Source: Leucoraja erinacea
Lineage: Eukaryota
Direction: 5' to 3'
NCBI RefSeq assembly: GCF_028641065.1
Contig: NC_073403.1
Location: 30,876,001 to 30,940,000, forward strand
DNA length: 64,000 nt
A program made the translations under genes and the position numbers. The first letter of the stretch is position 1; every line of letters starts with the position of its first letter. Below the pieces are notes generated by a model. The model made no database searches. It had not been told where the DNA came from and was given only the letters and a program-made list of their open reading frames with translations. Positions 48,748-62,649 of the stretch are shown here, one piece after another.

Positions 48748-51700
48748 TCAGTTCGTCTCGTTGATTCTTGTCATTACTAGAGGCAATTGTTGTAAACACG
48801 CCCTGGTCTCGGCGCGCGTTATTTCCCAGGCGCACGCGCTGAATCTCTGCAAAAGAGAAACGTTCGGAATCACGCATCAGAGAATGAATAGATTTAGATT
48901 GAGTGAAATAATTGCCCACGGGTCGTTAGATGATAAGATTCAACCGGCTCACCTTCCGTTTAAGAAACTTGCCGAGTTTCCTGAAGTAGTTGTGAACCGC
49001 GGCGCTTCTCCGTGGCCGGGTCTCGGAGCCTGTGTTCCTCACACAGTTTTCCAGCTCTCTGATCTGCCCAGCCAGGAGAAGCCTGAGATGCTCCACCTTG
49101 TCCCGGGGCCATGTGACCGAGGCCAGGTTCATGCTGTAGATCTTGCTGAATTGACGCAACACTTGGTAGACAACACGGACTGTGTCCGGGGCCTGCACAC
49201 AACACAAAGCGATATCATGGACCCGTGAGAACGGCCGGGAGGGGACAATATCACACTCATTTCCAAATCCAACAGCGGTCAGTGGAATATGCATGTTTGC
49301 AGTTGTCTTTAAAACCTTGTCTAAACATTGTTGTTGGCAACTTAACATCGCTAGCAGCTCGGTGATGAAACTCGTGTTTTACTCTGTGTAGGAACGAACA
49401 ACAGATGCATGTTTACACCGAAGATATACACACAATGCGGTGTAGTCAGCGGGTCAGGCAGCATCTCTGGATAAATTGAATAGGTGACGTTTTGGATCGA
49501 GTTCCTGCTACAGACAGAAACTGACCCGTCGAAGAAATGGTCTGGACCCGCAACGTCACCTATTCCTTTCCTTCAGAGATGATGCCTGACCCGCTGAGCT
49601 GCTCCTGCATTTTATGTCATGTTTTTGTTTTAGCTGACCAACTCCTTCAATCAAAGGACGTGAAATCGTTCTTCACGGAACTGTTTCGCTCGGTGAAAAC
49701 CCAGTTGTGTTGTGTCTTTATTAACATGGACACAATAATATGAAAAACCGCGTCCCAGATTAAGAATATATGCGAACCGTATATTAATTGTTCCCGAGAG
49801 CATTGGCGGCGAGATTAAACGACGCTAATATATGTACACTCACCCGTCCTCTCTCCATGAGTTTGGACAAGTTCAATGTCCTGACTTCCAATGATGTCCT
49901 TTCAGCTGCGCACCGCCGGGTCAGGGGGGCTCCCTACAACAGAGGACACGGTCAAGTCCGGCTCCGGCACACAATTCACACACAGCAACATTATCTCTAA
50001 TAACATTGTTTGCTGTCAGGCAACCTTTTGGATTGCACCTGACTATTTGACCGCACCCGCCCTTTCGTCTTCTCCTCTCCCTTCCCATTCTCTCATCCGA
50101 CGTGAAGCGGTACAGCTCTGCATGCAGTTTATCGCACCGCGTATCCCGTACACCTAGTCTGCTGAAATTTAAATTCAGTCGTGTACTCCGTCTACCCACT
50201 CCTTCAGCGAGGCTCACCCGCCCACTCGGTACATTAGCGCCATCCGGACTACAGCGAATTCAACAGCAATTCCACGCCCCTCACCAGAACGAACAGAATC
50301 CGCTTACATTCTCTGTTCCCGGTGCGCCAGACTTCATTGTTTTCCTTCTGTCTACACCTCCTCCACATGACTCTGCTCCCCTTACACTGGTGCCCATGGT
50401 CCATGCGTCAAACCTGTTCCTCCCTCCTTTTCTGAATAGTTTTACTGGCCTGATCAATTTTACTGTTTGTATGCATCGTCATCACCTCCGCCTCAATTTC
50501 CTTTGTTTAAGAAGGAACTGCAGATGCTGGAAAAATCGAAGGTAGATAAAAATGCTGGAGAAACTCAGCGGGTGAGGCAGCATCTCTAAAGGAAAGGAAT
50601 AGGTGGAAACAGTGGGCTGTGGGAGAGCTGGGGAAGGGGAGGGGAAGGAGGGAGAAAGAAATTGGGGAAGTCAATGTTCATACCGCTGGGGTGTAAACTA
50701 CCGAAGCGAATTATGAGGTGCTGCTCCTCCAATTTGCGGTGGGACTCACTCTGGCCATGGAGGAGGCCCAAGACAGAAGGTCGGATTCGGAATGGGAGGG
50801 GGAGTCGAAGTGCTGAGCCACCGGGAGATCAGGTTGGTTAATGGAACTGTGCGGAGGTGTTGGGCGAAGCGATCGGCAAGCCTGTTGACACCTCCTGCAG
50901 TGGATGGAATTAATGAGGTTGGACGAGCTGCAGGTGAACCTCTGCCTCGCCTGGAAAGACTGCTTGAGTCCTTGGATGGAGTCGAGGAGGGAGGTAAAGT
51001 GACAAGTGTAGCATTTCCTGCGGTTGCAAGGGAAAGTACCAGAGGAGGGGGTAGTTTGGGTGGGAAGGGACGAATTGACCAGGGAGTTACGGAAGGAGCG
51101 GTCTCTGCAGAAAGCCGAAAGGGGATGAGATGGAAGATGTGGCCAGCGGTGGGATCCCGTTGGACGTGGCGAAAATGTCTGAGTATTATCTGTTGTATGT
51201 GACGGCTGGTAGAGTGGAAGGTGAAGACAAGGGGAACTCTGTCCTTGTTACGTGGGGTGGGGGGGGGGGGGGTGAGAGTGGAGAGTGGAGCTACGGGATA
51301 TAGAAGAGACCCTGGTGCGAGCCCATCTATAGTCGAATAGGGGAACCCCCGTTCCCTAAAGACATCTCTGATGCCCTGGTTTGGAACCTCATCCTGGATG
51401 CAGATGCAGCGTAGACGGAGGAATTGGGAGTAGAGGATAGCAGGGTGGGAAGAAGTGCAGTCCAGATCATTAGTGCTTTATTCTTTCATTTTCACCTCAC
51501 CCTTCCATATCCCCAGTTTCCTTCTCCCCTGACTCTCAGTCTGAAGAAGGGTCTCGACCCAAAATATAACCCATTCCTTCTCTCCAGATATGTTGCCGGT
51601 GGAGTTACGCCAGCATTTTGTGTCCGCCCTCCACTCTCTGATCATTTCCCCTTCTCTGCAGCTGCAGACGCGCTTCATTGCAAACCTTCTCAGCAGTAGA

Positions 51701-51982
51701 GAGGCCGTTGAGTTGAAACATTAACGCCGCTTGTCGCGCTACGGAGGCCGCCTGACCCACTGAGAGTTCTACCAGGGTCTAACAACATCACACGGAGTTT
51801 AACACTTCACTCACTTTAATGCTACAATGTGATTCTCTATTTACACTTACCATTTCATTCAGCACAATCTGAGCTTCCTGATTAATGTCCACCTGCACAT
51901 CCGGACCCCGGCAGCCCTGCGCCAGGACCCCCGCCAACAACACTGGTAAAACGCAGAGTCTCCATGCGTTCGCGAAGGACAT
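48748..51982 (-). CDS. Type I interferon gene D (divergent); complement(join(48748..48846,48953..49192,49844..49933,51851..51982)); 186 aa
   Basis: Exon 1: MSFANAWRLCVLPVLLAGVLAQGCRGPDVQVDINQEAQIVLNEM. Exon 2: GAPLTRRCAAERTSLEVRTLNLSKLMERGR. Exon 3: APDTVRVVYQVLRQFSKIYSMN...LENCVRN...NYFRKLGKFLKRK. Exon 4: RFSACAWEITRAETRACLQQLPLVMTRINETN*. Phase-0 GT-AG introns; exons of 132/90/240/99 nt. Confidence 0.92.
50503..51470 (-). mobile_element. Penelope-like element 3' portion in IFN-D intron 1
   Basis: HGQSESHRKLEEQHLIIRFGSLHPSGMNIDF and the same 3' repeat end. Confidence 0.8.
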
Positions 51983-52107
51983 GTTCAACCAACCAACTGG
52001 AATCTGAGCAGTGGCGAGACCGGGATTCAGGTCGGAATGCAATATCTGTCCGAGATGACCTGCTTTGCTCTTCGATTGAAATGATAGCCTCTGCTCGAGG
52101 TGATGCG

Positions 52108-52241
52108 CCCATTTTAAGGTGTACATCAGGATATTCCTTTGACGTTTCAAAAACAAATCTCATTTGCTTCCCACCGCAATTCTTTGAGGGAATCTTTAAT
52201 TTCGTTGCGAGCTGACTACAGCTGAACCCTTTCACTTTCTG
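52108..52241 (-). promoter_or_regulatory. IFN-D promoter: IRF-E/ISRE, kB-like site, TATA-like box
   Basis: On the gene strand: GAAAGTGAAAGGG (+ strand 52227-52239), GGAATATCC at about 52129-52137, and CCTTAAAAT at about 52111-52119. Confidence 0.6.
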
Positions 52242-55200
52242 CTCCATTCAAAGCGAATTGCCTCTGACCAACAGAGACTTAATCGGTTGGTTCTCAGGAT
52301 CTCAGGTGCGATGTACTTCGATACCGAGATTCACAAAGACAATTAGTAAAATTCCATTTTATGCATGTTTCATTTTATATCAATGCAGAATGATTTCAGT
52401 ATTGGAAATCAAGGTACTGTCTTGATTTGACGGGGATTTTTTTGACAGTTCAGGCTCTATTGATCCCTCACGACTGCAAGGGTGAAACACAGCCATGTAC
52501 TTTGTGCTTTTTCATACCTCTAGATTCCCCTCCCCTGACTGTAACTGTTGAAAATCATGAGACAATATTAGCGAATAATTCAAATAGCTATAATGCGCTA
52601 CTTGATGCCTGGTTAGTGGGTTTGTAAATAATGAGATGTTAAAGCTTACTATGAACATCCGAAATATCAGAAGATGTTTAGTTTAGTTTGGAGATACGGA
52701 GCGGAAAGATGCCCACCGAGATACAGAGCGGAAACATGCCACCGACTCGCGCCAACAATCCCCGTACACTAGTACTATCCTACACACACTAGGGGCAATT
52801 TACAATTTTACCAAGCGAATTAACCTACAAACCTGCACGTCTTTGGAGTGTGGGAAGAAACCGGAGCACCCGGAGAAAACCCACGCAGGTCACGGGGAGA
52901 ACGTGCAACCTCCTTGCAGACAACACCTGTAGTCAGGTTCAAATCTGGGTCTCTGGTCTATAAGTCAGCAACTCTACTACCGCGCCATATAGCGGTTATA
53001 TTAATATACGGTTATAGCCAAGCCGGTTGCCTTGTTGAGTGAATATTGAAATATCTGCCCATCATTTACCCTTTATCTCACTTTACTAAAAATGCATCTG
53101 CATTATCTCCAAAGCGTTTACTTGTTCATTTATCAACTTGCCCTTAAATATCTGTGAATATACATCAGCTTTAACGCTGTTGCTCTGCTTTTTCTTCCCC
53201 TCAGAATCACTTGGTTGGCCCCGTCTTTCCATGTTGATTCATTCAATATATATTCCTATTAAATTTAAGTTCCCATTATGTCTCCCATTATGCCTGATAT
53301 ACATTTTTCACAATTCTGTAATTAGCATGTTCACTATTTGCCAAGGCGCGTACGATTTCCTTATAACTATCTGCGGTGATATTAACTTTATCCAATCCTC
53401 TGATGAAGACGGCGCCTCTGCAATTACATTTCATTCTTTATTCATAATCAGATTCAATTAAATGACAGAACGGCCCCACAAGGCAACCGGCTTATTTGTC
53501 CGCTATAACCGAAGTAAGATCATGTCGGGTAGATGGACGTTGGCATCAAGAAGTAGGTTAAAGGTGAGAGGAGAAAGAGGAACCTGTGGGCACATTTTTC
53601 ACACAATTTATCTGGTGGTTATGTGGAACAAACTGCCAGAGGACATGGTTGAGGGGGTACTATGACACCATTTAAAATAATTTTAGACAGATACATTCAT
53701 TGGAAAGATTTAGAGGGATATGTGACAAATGCAGGCAGGTGGGACGAGTGTCTAGTGTGGCATCTTATTCATATTCAAGTCCATGTGGTATGTCTCTATG
53801 ACTCAATGACTCGATAACTGATTATGATTAATTCATTCAACTTATTTGTACTATATGTCAAATCAAAAATAACATCAGCAATACATATATGTTCAAGTGA
53901 TATGTTCATAGAAAATTATAATATTAAAATAATTAATTCATTTCATAAAGTTACATTTTTTGCACATGAAATATGTTATCAAGTTTCCAAAGGGGCTGAA
54001 TTGATTGGTTGGTCGCAGTTATAATCAGAATTGTGGATTGAAACCCCTCTGAAAGGGAATAGCAGCTTTAATTTTGATCTTGTTTTCCGCGGCAGCATCT
54101 CTGTTTTGGTTATTGACAACTCAGCAAACGAGCGTTATTCCATCCAGCAGTCATCTGTGTCATTTTTTGAGGATTACCATTTATTTAGGCATTCAAAGTG
54201 TGGGTATGCAAACCTGAAACCTTTTCCCTGATTTGCGGTGATCTCTGTATATATGCTGTGCCAGACACATCCAGTTCACTTATTGCAATGTCTTCACCTA
54301 ATTTCTTCACCTAATTAAATTTTACAGCTTATACAATATGTAATTCCAGATCAAGACCTATGTTAATTAATATTGTATTACATTTTATTTTTAATTGTTT
54401 CCAAATGTCATTGTTGGTCTGGGTCATTTGAAAACATGAATATGTCTAGGGTGTATATTATAGCCGTGTACCACACATATACCTATTATTGATTTTTAAT
54501 CACACAACTGCTTATAGACTATAGACAATAGACAATAGGCAATAGGTGCTAGAATAGGCCATTCAGCCCTTCGAGCCAGCACTGTGATCATGGCTGATCA
54601 TCCACAATCAGTACCCCAATCCTACTTTCTCCCATATCCCTTGACTCCGCTATCTTTAAGAACTATCTAACTCTCTCTTGAAAGCATCCAGAGAATTGGC
54701 CTCCACTGCCTTCTGAGGCAGCAAATTCCACAGACTCAGAACTGGCTGGGTGAAAAAGATTTTCCTCATCTCCGTTCTAAATGGTCAACCACTTATTCAT
54801 TTTGAATTATAATTTTTAATCAAAACAAGGCACTGACACAACAGAATATTCATCACTGCCAGATGCTAACATTGATCTGTTTAATTCAGCGGGATCTTCT
54901 ACACACTGGCTTACTATCATGGAGCTAGAGCGCATCTGAATCTGCCATACAGAGTAGTCAAGATGAGGTAACTTTTGTGGACAATAAACAAATTCCAATA
55001 CAAAAATCTTACTTCAGGGTCAAATTATGGTGGAATTAACTGCAGTTTCCAAAAATGACACTTTTTTAACAAACTTTCAAGTTGCAGTGGTTTCCAAACA
55101 GTGCATTTATAAAATTATGAGACATGTAGATAGGGTAGACAGTCAGAATATTTTTCCCAGGATGGAAAAATCAAATATCGGAGGGTGTAGCTTAAGGATG

Positions 55201-55714
55201 AGAGGGGCAAAGGTATGTGTGAGGGCGGATTTTTGCATAAAGGGCAGCGAGTGGCTGAAACACACTGCCGGGGATCGGACGAAACAGATGAAATAGTGGC
55301 TGAAGACTTTTGGATAGGCATATGGATATGCAGGGAATGATATGGGTTATGTGCAGGTAGATAATTGATGGTCTTGGTATTATGTTCAACATTGACATTG
55401 TAGGCCGTAGCGTATTTTTCTGTGTTGTACTGTTCTAAGTACTAAGGTAGCAAAGATAGATTCGGTGGTTAAGAAAGCATATGGGATTTTGAGCTTCATG
55501 AGACTGGGTATGGAGTATAGGAGCATGGAGCTCATGCTAACATTTTGTTGAGGTTTTGTTATCCCACAGTTTGAGTGTTCAATGCAGTTCCTGGGATCAC
55601 AGCACAAGAAGGGTATGAATGCTCATGGAGGTGGAGTAGAGGAGATTAACCAGGACGCTGCCAGGATTGATTTGTTCAGTAATGACAAGAGATTGGATAG
55701 TCTTCGTTTGTTGT

Positions 55715-57340
55715 AGAAATGTAGAAACATATAAAATAGTTGCAGTAGTGGGCCATTCGGTCCCTCGAGCCAACACCTCCATTTAATATGATCAGGGCTG
55801 ATCATCCAAAACCTGTACCCCATTCCTATTTTATCCATATATTCCTTGATTCTGCTAGCCTGAAGAGCTAAATCTAAATCTCTCCTAAAAACATTCAATG
55901 ATTTGGCATCCACCGCCTTCCATGGCAGAGAATTCTGCAGATTCACAACTCTATAGGTGTAAAACGTTTCCTCATCTCAGTCCTAAATGGCCTACCCCAT
56001 ATTCTTCAAACTGTGACCCCTGATTCTGGACTCCCCCAACATCGGGAACATTTTCCTGCATCTGGCCTTTCCGATCCCTTCAGAATTTTATACGTTTCTC
56101 TAGGATCCCCTCACATCCTTCTAAATTCTGGCGAATTCAAGTCCAGTCAAACCATTCTTTCCTCATATCGGTGCGTTTCGGGTGATCATTCAGTCTGAAG
56201 AAGGGTCCCGACCCGAAAAACGTCACCCAATCCTTCACTCTAGAGATGCTGCATGTCTTGCTGAGTTACTCCAGCTTTTTGTGTCTATCTTCGGTTTAAA
56301 CCAGCATCTGCAGTTCCTTTCAACACCATTCAGTTAATAATCTGCCTCCCTGTTCTTGGCACCAAAGTGGATAACCTCACATTTATCCACGTTATACTGC
56401 ATCTGCCATGCATCTGCCCACTCACCCAACCTATCCAAGTCACCCTGCAGCCTCATAACATCTTCCTCACAGCTCACTCTGCCACCCAGCTTTGTGTCAT
56501 TCGCAAACTTGGAGGTGTTTCATTTAATTCCTTTGTCTAAATCACTAATATATATTGTAAACAACTGGAATCACAGCACTGAGCCTTGCAGCACCCCACT
56601 AGTCATTGGCTGCCATTCTGAAAAGGACCCATTAATTTCTACTCTTTGCTTCCTGTCTGCCAAACAGTTCTCTAACAGTTCATGCCATGCGTCCTGATGG
56701 CATGAACGTTGAATTCTCCCAATTTTGCTAGCCCTTGCTGTCTCCTCCTCTTCCTTAACCCTCGAGCTGTCTCCTCCCACCCCCCCGCCATTGGGCTCCT
56801 CCTCCTCCCTTTTCCCTTCCTTCTCCCCCCACCCCCCTACCCCCTATCAGTCTGAAGAAGGGTTTCGGCCCAAAACGTCGCCTATTTCCTTCGCTCCATA
56901 GATGCTGCTGCACCCGCTGAGTTTCTCCAGCATTTTTGTGTACCTTCGATCTTCCAGCATCTGCAGTTCCTTCTTGAACAGTTCTCTATTCATGTCAATA
57001 CCCATGTGCTCTAATTTTGCACACTAATCTCTCATGTGGGACCTTGTCAAAGCCTTTTTGAAACTCTGGAATCAACACACCCACTTGCTCTCCCTTATTC
57101 ATTCTACTTGTTACATCCTCAAAAATTTCCAGAAGATTAGTTAAGCATGATTTCCCCTTCATAAATCTATACTGACTTTGACTGATCCTGTCACTGCTTT
57201 CCAAATGTGCTGCTATTACATTTTTAATAATCGATGCAAGCATCTTCCCCACTGCCGATATAAGGCTAACTGGTCTACAATTTCCTGTTTTCTCTCTCCC
57301 TCCCTTCTTAAAAAGTGGGGTTACATTGGCTGCCTTCAAT
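55715..57340 (-). mobile_element. CR1 fragments with nested PLE 3' repeats
   Basis: ANVTPLFKKGGREKTGNCRPVSL and SGVLQGSVL motifs. A PLE piece at 56675-56976 is flanked by the 12-bp TSD AACAGTTCTCTA. Confidence 0.75.
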
Positions 57341-58721
57341 CCTCAGGCGTGTGAAAAGCAACATGATTGAGATTTGCAAAATTATGCCGGCATAGGTCGG
57401 GTAGATAGTGAGAAACCTTTCCTTACTTTGGGGAGAAAAATAAAAACAGATGACTTGGTTTAAGATGAGGTGTATGAGTGTAGAAGGGGATCTGATGGAA
57501 TAAAATGACCTAGATGGTGTTTGTAATCGAGAACACTTCCTGAGAAGATGATGGATGCAGGTACTCTGACACCATTTTAAAAGCACCAAGCCAACAACAT
57601 GAATTACCAAAGCACAGCAGGCTACAGACCTAGCGTTGGCTGTGGGATTAGTGTAGATGATTTCTTGATGGTCAACATGGAATGGTGGTCCAAGTGGCTC
57701 ATTTCCCTGTCCTGTCTGAATCCATAACTCTTTATCACCATGAAATACATATGTGGAATGAGGATTTTTACAAATAAAACTAACCTATTTGAATTATTCT
57801 TTCAATGAATTGTGATATATGATTTAAAGATTCTTTGATTTTTTTGCTTACGTTCCTTTGATTTATTTCTTAATCTCCCTTTCAGTATTCTTATATATTC
57901 TTATATGATATGAAAGTGAATTAGGTGTCAAATTAAACTTCTTTTTATGCTTTATCTGATGGGATAAATTACAGACTTGATTTTTTAAATCTCAAAATGT
58001 TGTAAAATTGCTACCATCAGGTTATTAAACACAATTACCTCNNNNNNNNNNNNNNNNNNNNNNNNNNNNNNNNNNNNNNNNNNNNNNNNNNNNNNNNNNN
58101 NNNNNNNNNNNNNNNNNNNNNNNNNNNNNNNNNNNNNNNNNNNNNNNNNNNNNNNNNNNNNNNNNNNNNNNNNNNNNNNNNNNNNNNNNNNNNNNNNNNN
58201 GTGTATATATATATTTATCTGTGTGTGTGTGTGAGTGTGTGTGAATGTATATATCTATGTGTGTGTGTGTGTGTGTACTTGTGAGTATGTGTATATATGA
58301 ACATATAACTTTTTTTTTTCTCTTGTTTATCACACTGTTTACAGTGTACTATGTTTACATTTTCTGTTGTGCTGAGGCAAGTAAGAATTTCATTGTTCTA
58401 TCTGGGACATGACAATAAAACACTTTTGAATCTTGACTCTTGACCATGTGGGAACATGAGATATCCACGCAGACGAAGAAGCCAGCTGTAACATTCAATA
58501 GAATCATGGCTGATTTTTTTCTCAAATCCATCCCCATTCCTTTTACAATAGCCCTTTGTTCCTTTACCAAGCAGAAATCTACATAGCTCAAAGTTACATA
58601 TTTTCGGAGAACTCTCCTGACGCAGCTCTCTCTCCAAATATTTCTCAAGATGGACCACCCTCTGAGGGTTGAAATTCTTCATCAACGCCGAATTACAGTA
58701 GGTGGACACCCCTTATTTTCT

Positions 58722-61650
58722 TCGAAGGAAGGAAAAGGGGGAGGAGGAGGAGCCAGAGGGCGGGGGGATGGGAGGAGACAGCTCGAGGGTTAAGGAAGGG
58801 GAGGAGACTGCAAGGGCTAGCAAAATTGGGAGAATTCAACATTCATGCCATCAGGATGCAAGCTGCCCAGACGGAATATGAGGTGCTGTTCCTCCAATTT
58901 CCGGTGTTGCTCACTCTGGCAATGGAGGAGACCCAGGACAGAGAGGTCGGAATGGGTATGGGAGGGGGAGTTGAAGTGCTGAGCCACCGGGAGTTCAGGT
59001 AGGTTATTGCGGACTGAGCGGAGGTGTTCGGCGAAACAATCGCCCAACCGTCGCTTAGTCTCCCCGATGTAAATCAGCTGACATCTAGAGCAGCGGATGC
59101 AGTAGATGAGGTTGGAGGAGATACAGGTGAACCTTTGTCGAACCTTGAACGACTGCTTGGGACCTTGAATGGAGTCGAGGGGGGAGGTGAAGGGACAGGT
59201 GTTGCATTTCTTGCGGTTGCAACGGAAAGTGCCCGGGGAGGGGGTGGTACGGGAGGGAAGGGAAGAATTGACAAGGGAGTTGCGGAGGGAGCGGTCTTTG
59301 CGGAAGGCAGACATGGGGGGAGATGGGAAGATGTGGCGAGTGGTGGGGTCATGTTGGAGGTGGAGGAAATGACGGTGGATTATGTGTTGTATTTGCCGGT
59401 TGGTGGGGTGAAAGGTGAGGACCAGGGGGACTCTGCCCTTGTTGCGAGTGCGGGGATGGGGAGAGAGAGCAGTGTTGCGGGGTATGGATGAGACCCTGGT
59501 GCGAGCCTCATCTATGGTGGCGGAGGGGAATCCCCGTTCCCTGAAGAACGAGGACATTTCCGATGCCCTGGTATGGAATGTCTCATTCTGGGAACAGATG
59601 CGGCGTAGGCGGAGGAATTGGGAGTAGGGGATGGAGTCTTTACAGGGGGCAGGGTGGGAAGACGTGTAATCCAGATAGCCATGTGAGTCAGGTGGTTTGT
59701 AGTGTATGTCGGTCAGAAGTCTGTCCCCTGCGATGGAGATGGTGAGGTCAAGGAATGGTAGGGAAGTGTCGGAAATGGTCCAGGTGTATTGAAGTGCCGG
59801 ATGGAAGTTGGTGGTGAAGTGGATGAAGTCAGTCAGTTGTGTGTAGGTGCAGGAGGTGGCCCCAAAGCAGTCGTCAATGTAACGGAGGTAGAGGTCGGGG
59901 ATGGGGCCCTGGTATGTATTGAACAAGGATTGTTCAACCTACCCAACAAAGAGGCAGGCGTAGCTGGGGCCCATGCGTGTGCCCATAGCTACGCCTTGTG
60001 TTTGGAGGAAATGGGAGGAGTCAAATGTAAAGTTGTTGTGGGTGAGGACCAACTCCGCTAGGCGGATGAGAGTGTCAGTGGCTGGGTATAGGTTGCTCCT
60101 CTGGTCGAGGAAGAACCGGAGGGCTTTGAGGCCATCCTGGTTGGGGATGGAGGTGTAGAGTGACTGGACATCCATGGTGAAGATGAGGGGGTGGGGGCCT
60201 AGAGAGTGGAATGCGTGGAGGCGGCGGAGAGTGTCTGAGGTGTCTAGAACATAGGTGGGAAGGGATTTGACCAAGGGGGATAGTATGGAGTCAAGGTATG
60301 TGGAGATGAGTTCGGTGGGGCACGAACAGTCAGAGACAATGGGTCTGCCGGGAGAGCCGGGTTTGTGGATTTTGGGGAGAAGGTAAAAACGGGCCGTGTG
60401 GGGCTGGGGAACGATGAGGTTGGAAGCTTGGTCGGGCAGGGCGTGGGAATTTATGAAGTCGGTGATGGTGCTTGATATGGTGGCCTGGTGCTCGTCAGTG
60501 GTGTCATGGTCCAAGGGTAAGTAGGAGGAGGTGTCCGAGAGTTAGCGCGTGGCCTCAGGTTTGTAGAGACCGGCGCGCCAGACTACCACGGCGCCTCCCT
60601 TGTCGGCTGGTTTGATGACCCAATCTGGGTTTTTGCGGAGTGATTCAATGGCAGTGCGTTCAGAGGGGGAGAGATTGGAGTGACAAAGGGGAGTGGAGAA
60701 GTTGAGGCGGTTGACGTAGCTGCGGCAGTTCTGGATAAAGAGTTCCAGAGCCGGGACTTTACGAGGGGGGTTCCACGAGGAGGGGGTGCGTTGGAGACGG
60801 GAAAAAGGGTCATCCTTGGGGGGTCGAGGACTCCTTCCCATGGAAGTGCGCTGCGAGGCAGAGGCGATGGTAGAAGCGCTCCAAGTCATGGTGGGCGCGG
60901 AACTCATTGAGATGGGGACGGAGGGGGACAAAGGTAAGACCTCTGCTGAGGACAGACCGTTCGATGTGGGAGAGGGGGAGGTGGGGGGGGGGGGTGATGG
61001 TGAACACCCAACAGGCGATGGGATGATGGGAGTTGGGGCCAGAGGAAGGCAGGTGGGTGGATTGGGGACGGGGCGATGTGTTGGGGGGGGGGGGGGGGGG
61101 GGGGTGGGTGTGTGGGTGTGTCAGGGTCAGGGGGGGGGGGTGGGAGGGCTGTAATGTGGGTGGGGAAGAGCGGGGTTGACATGGTTGGAGGGGGATGGGA
61201 GGGAGTCAGTGGAACAGCCACTGAGGTTAGCAAGGCTAGGCAGACGGGCACTAGGACCCAGTGGAGTTGAGCCCAGGAGAGAGGGAGTGAGCAGCGTGGA
61301 GGCTCCTGGCCCAGTGTCCAGTGCAGAGTCCAGGCTCCAGGTAAGGCGACGGCTGTGGGTTGCTGAAGGGTGGTGGAGTGGCGCGGGTCGCCGGAGCCGA
61401 TGGTCGGAGTCCAGTGGCAGTTGAGTCGGGGTCCGCGGGCGATGTGTGGGAGGTCCCGGTGGGTGGATGGTCGGCGGGTCGGCGGCGAGACGAGTCGGGT
61501 GCATTGCGGTAGCTATGTTGGGGGAGCCCCGGTCCGGCGGCGATGTTAGGCGGGCCCAGTGCGGCGGCGGTGCCGGGTAGGTCGGGTCCGGTGGCGGTGT
61601 CGAGTAGGTCGGGTCCGGCGGCGGTGTTAGGCGGGCCCAGTGCGCTTAAA
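58722..61650 (-). mobile_element. Near full-length Penelope-like retroelement (RT plus GIY-YIG), interrupted by stops and frameshifts
   Basis: IKPADKGGAVVV, FYLLPKIHK, DVQSLYTSIP, GVAMGTRMGPSYACLF, YLRYIDD, YCIRCSRCQLIYIGETKRRL. Pro-rich repetitive N-terminal region. Confidence 0.92.
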
Positions 61651-62649
61651 GAAGACATGTTGTATTCTTGCCTTCATTGACTTCATCATGATGCAGCATC
61701 TTAGCAATCTGATTTGGCCCCATTTGGAATATTGTGTGCAGTTCTGGTCACCTACATACAGGGAGGACGTGAAGGCTTTATAAATGGTGCAAAGAAGGTT
61801 TACCAGAATTATTAGGAAAGAACTGCAGATGCTGGTTTAAATCAAAGGTAGACACAAAATGCTGGAGTAACTCAGCAGGACAGGCAGCAGGACAGACTGG
61901 AGAGAAGGGATGGGTGACGTTTTGGTTCGAGACCCTTCCTCAGAATGATGCCTGGATTAGTGGATAATAGTTGAAGTAGGATGGACTTGGATTGTTTTCT
62001 CTGCAATGCCAGAGGTTGAGGGGACACTTGACAGAGGTGTATAAAATTATGAGAGGCAAAGATAAGGTAGGCAATCAAAACTTTGTTATCCAGGAACTAT
62101 CAAATACTCACCTCTAATGTGAGTGGGCAAGATTGTTGCAAAGGGGGTGGATCCTGGAACACACTGTCAGGAGTGGCAGTGAAGGCAGATAAGATCATGG
62201 CATTTAAGAGACTTCTGGAGAGGTACATGGATATGCAGGGAATTGGGAGATCTGGATTATGTTGCCAACATAAAATAACTCCCTTATCCCTAAATATTGC
62301 TTTGCGACTATCAAACAATCTACCATCCATGTCAATATATCATTGCCAGTATCATGGACTCTTATTAGCATACGATCAGCTAGACACAATGTTGTAAGTT
62401 CCAAACTTGTGGCTGACCTTTATATTCACAATCCAGAGTTTCCTCTTCTGAGTCTTAGACCTTAACCCTTGTGTGACCCCAGCTGTTGTGTTTGGGTAAG
62501 TAGTTGAATCCTATGTCTGAGAGCCATCTCCCTCCAATTGCTTCTGTTCTCATCAAATAAGACTGTTTTTCTGTTTAGGTTCAAACCCAGTTTAGCCATC
62601 TTAATTTAGAAACAAAGAACAGTAGTTGCTGGTTTAGACAAAGGAACAG

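Noticed and set aside
54170-54297. Possible terminal exon on the - strand (EDIAISELDVSGTAYIQRSPQIRGKGFRFAYPHFECLNKW*)
   Set aside because: Short, with no recognisable homology and no supportable upstream exons.
61500-61650. Short GC-rich repeat array
   Set aside because: A minisatellite within the Pro-rich PLE N-terminal region, with no unique spacers; not CRISPR-like.
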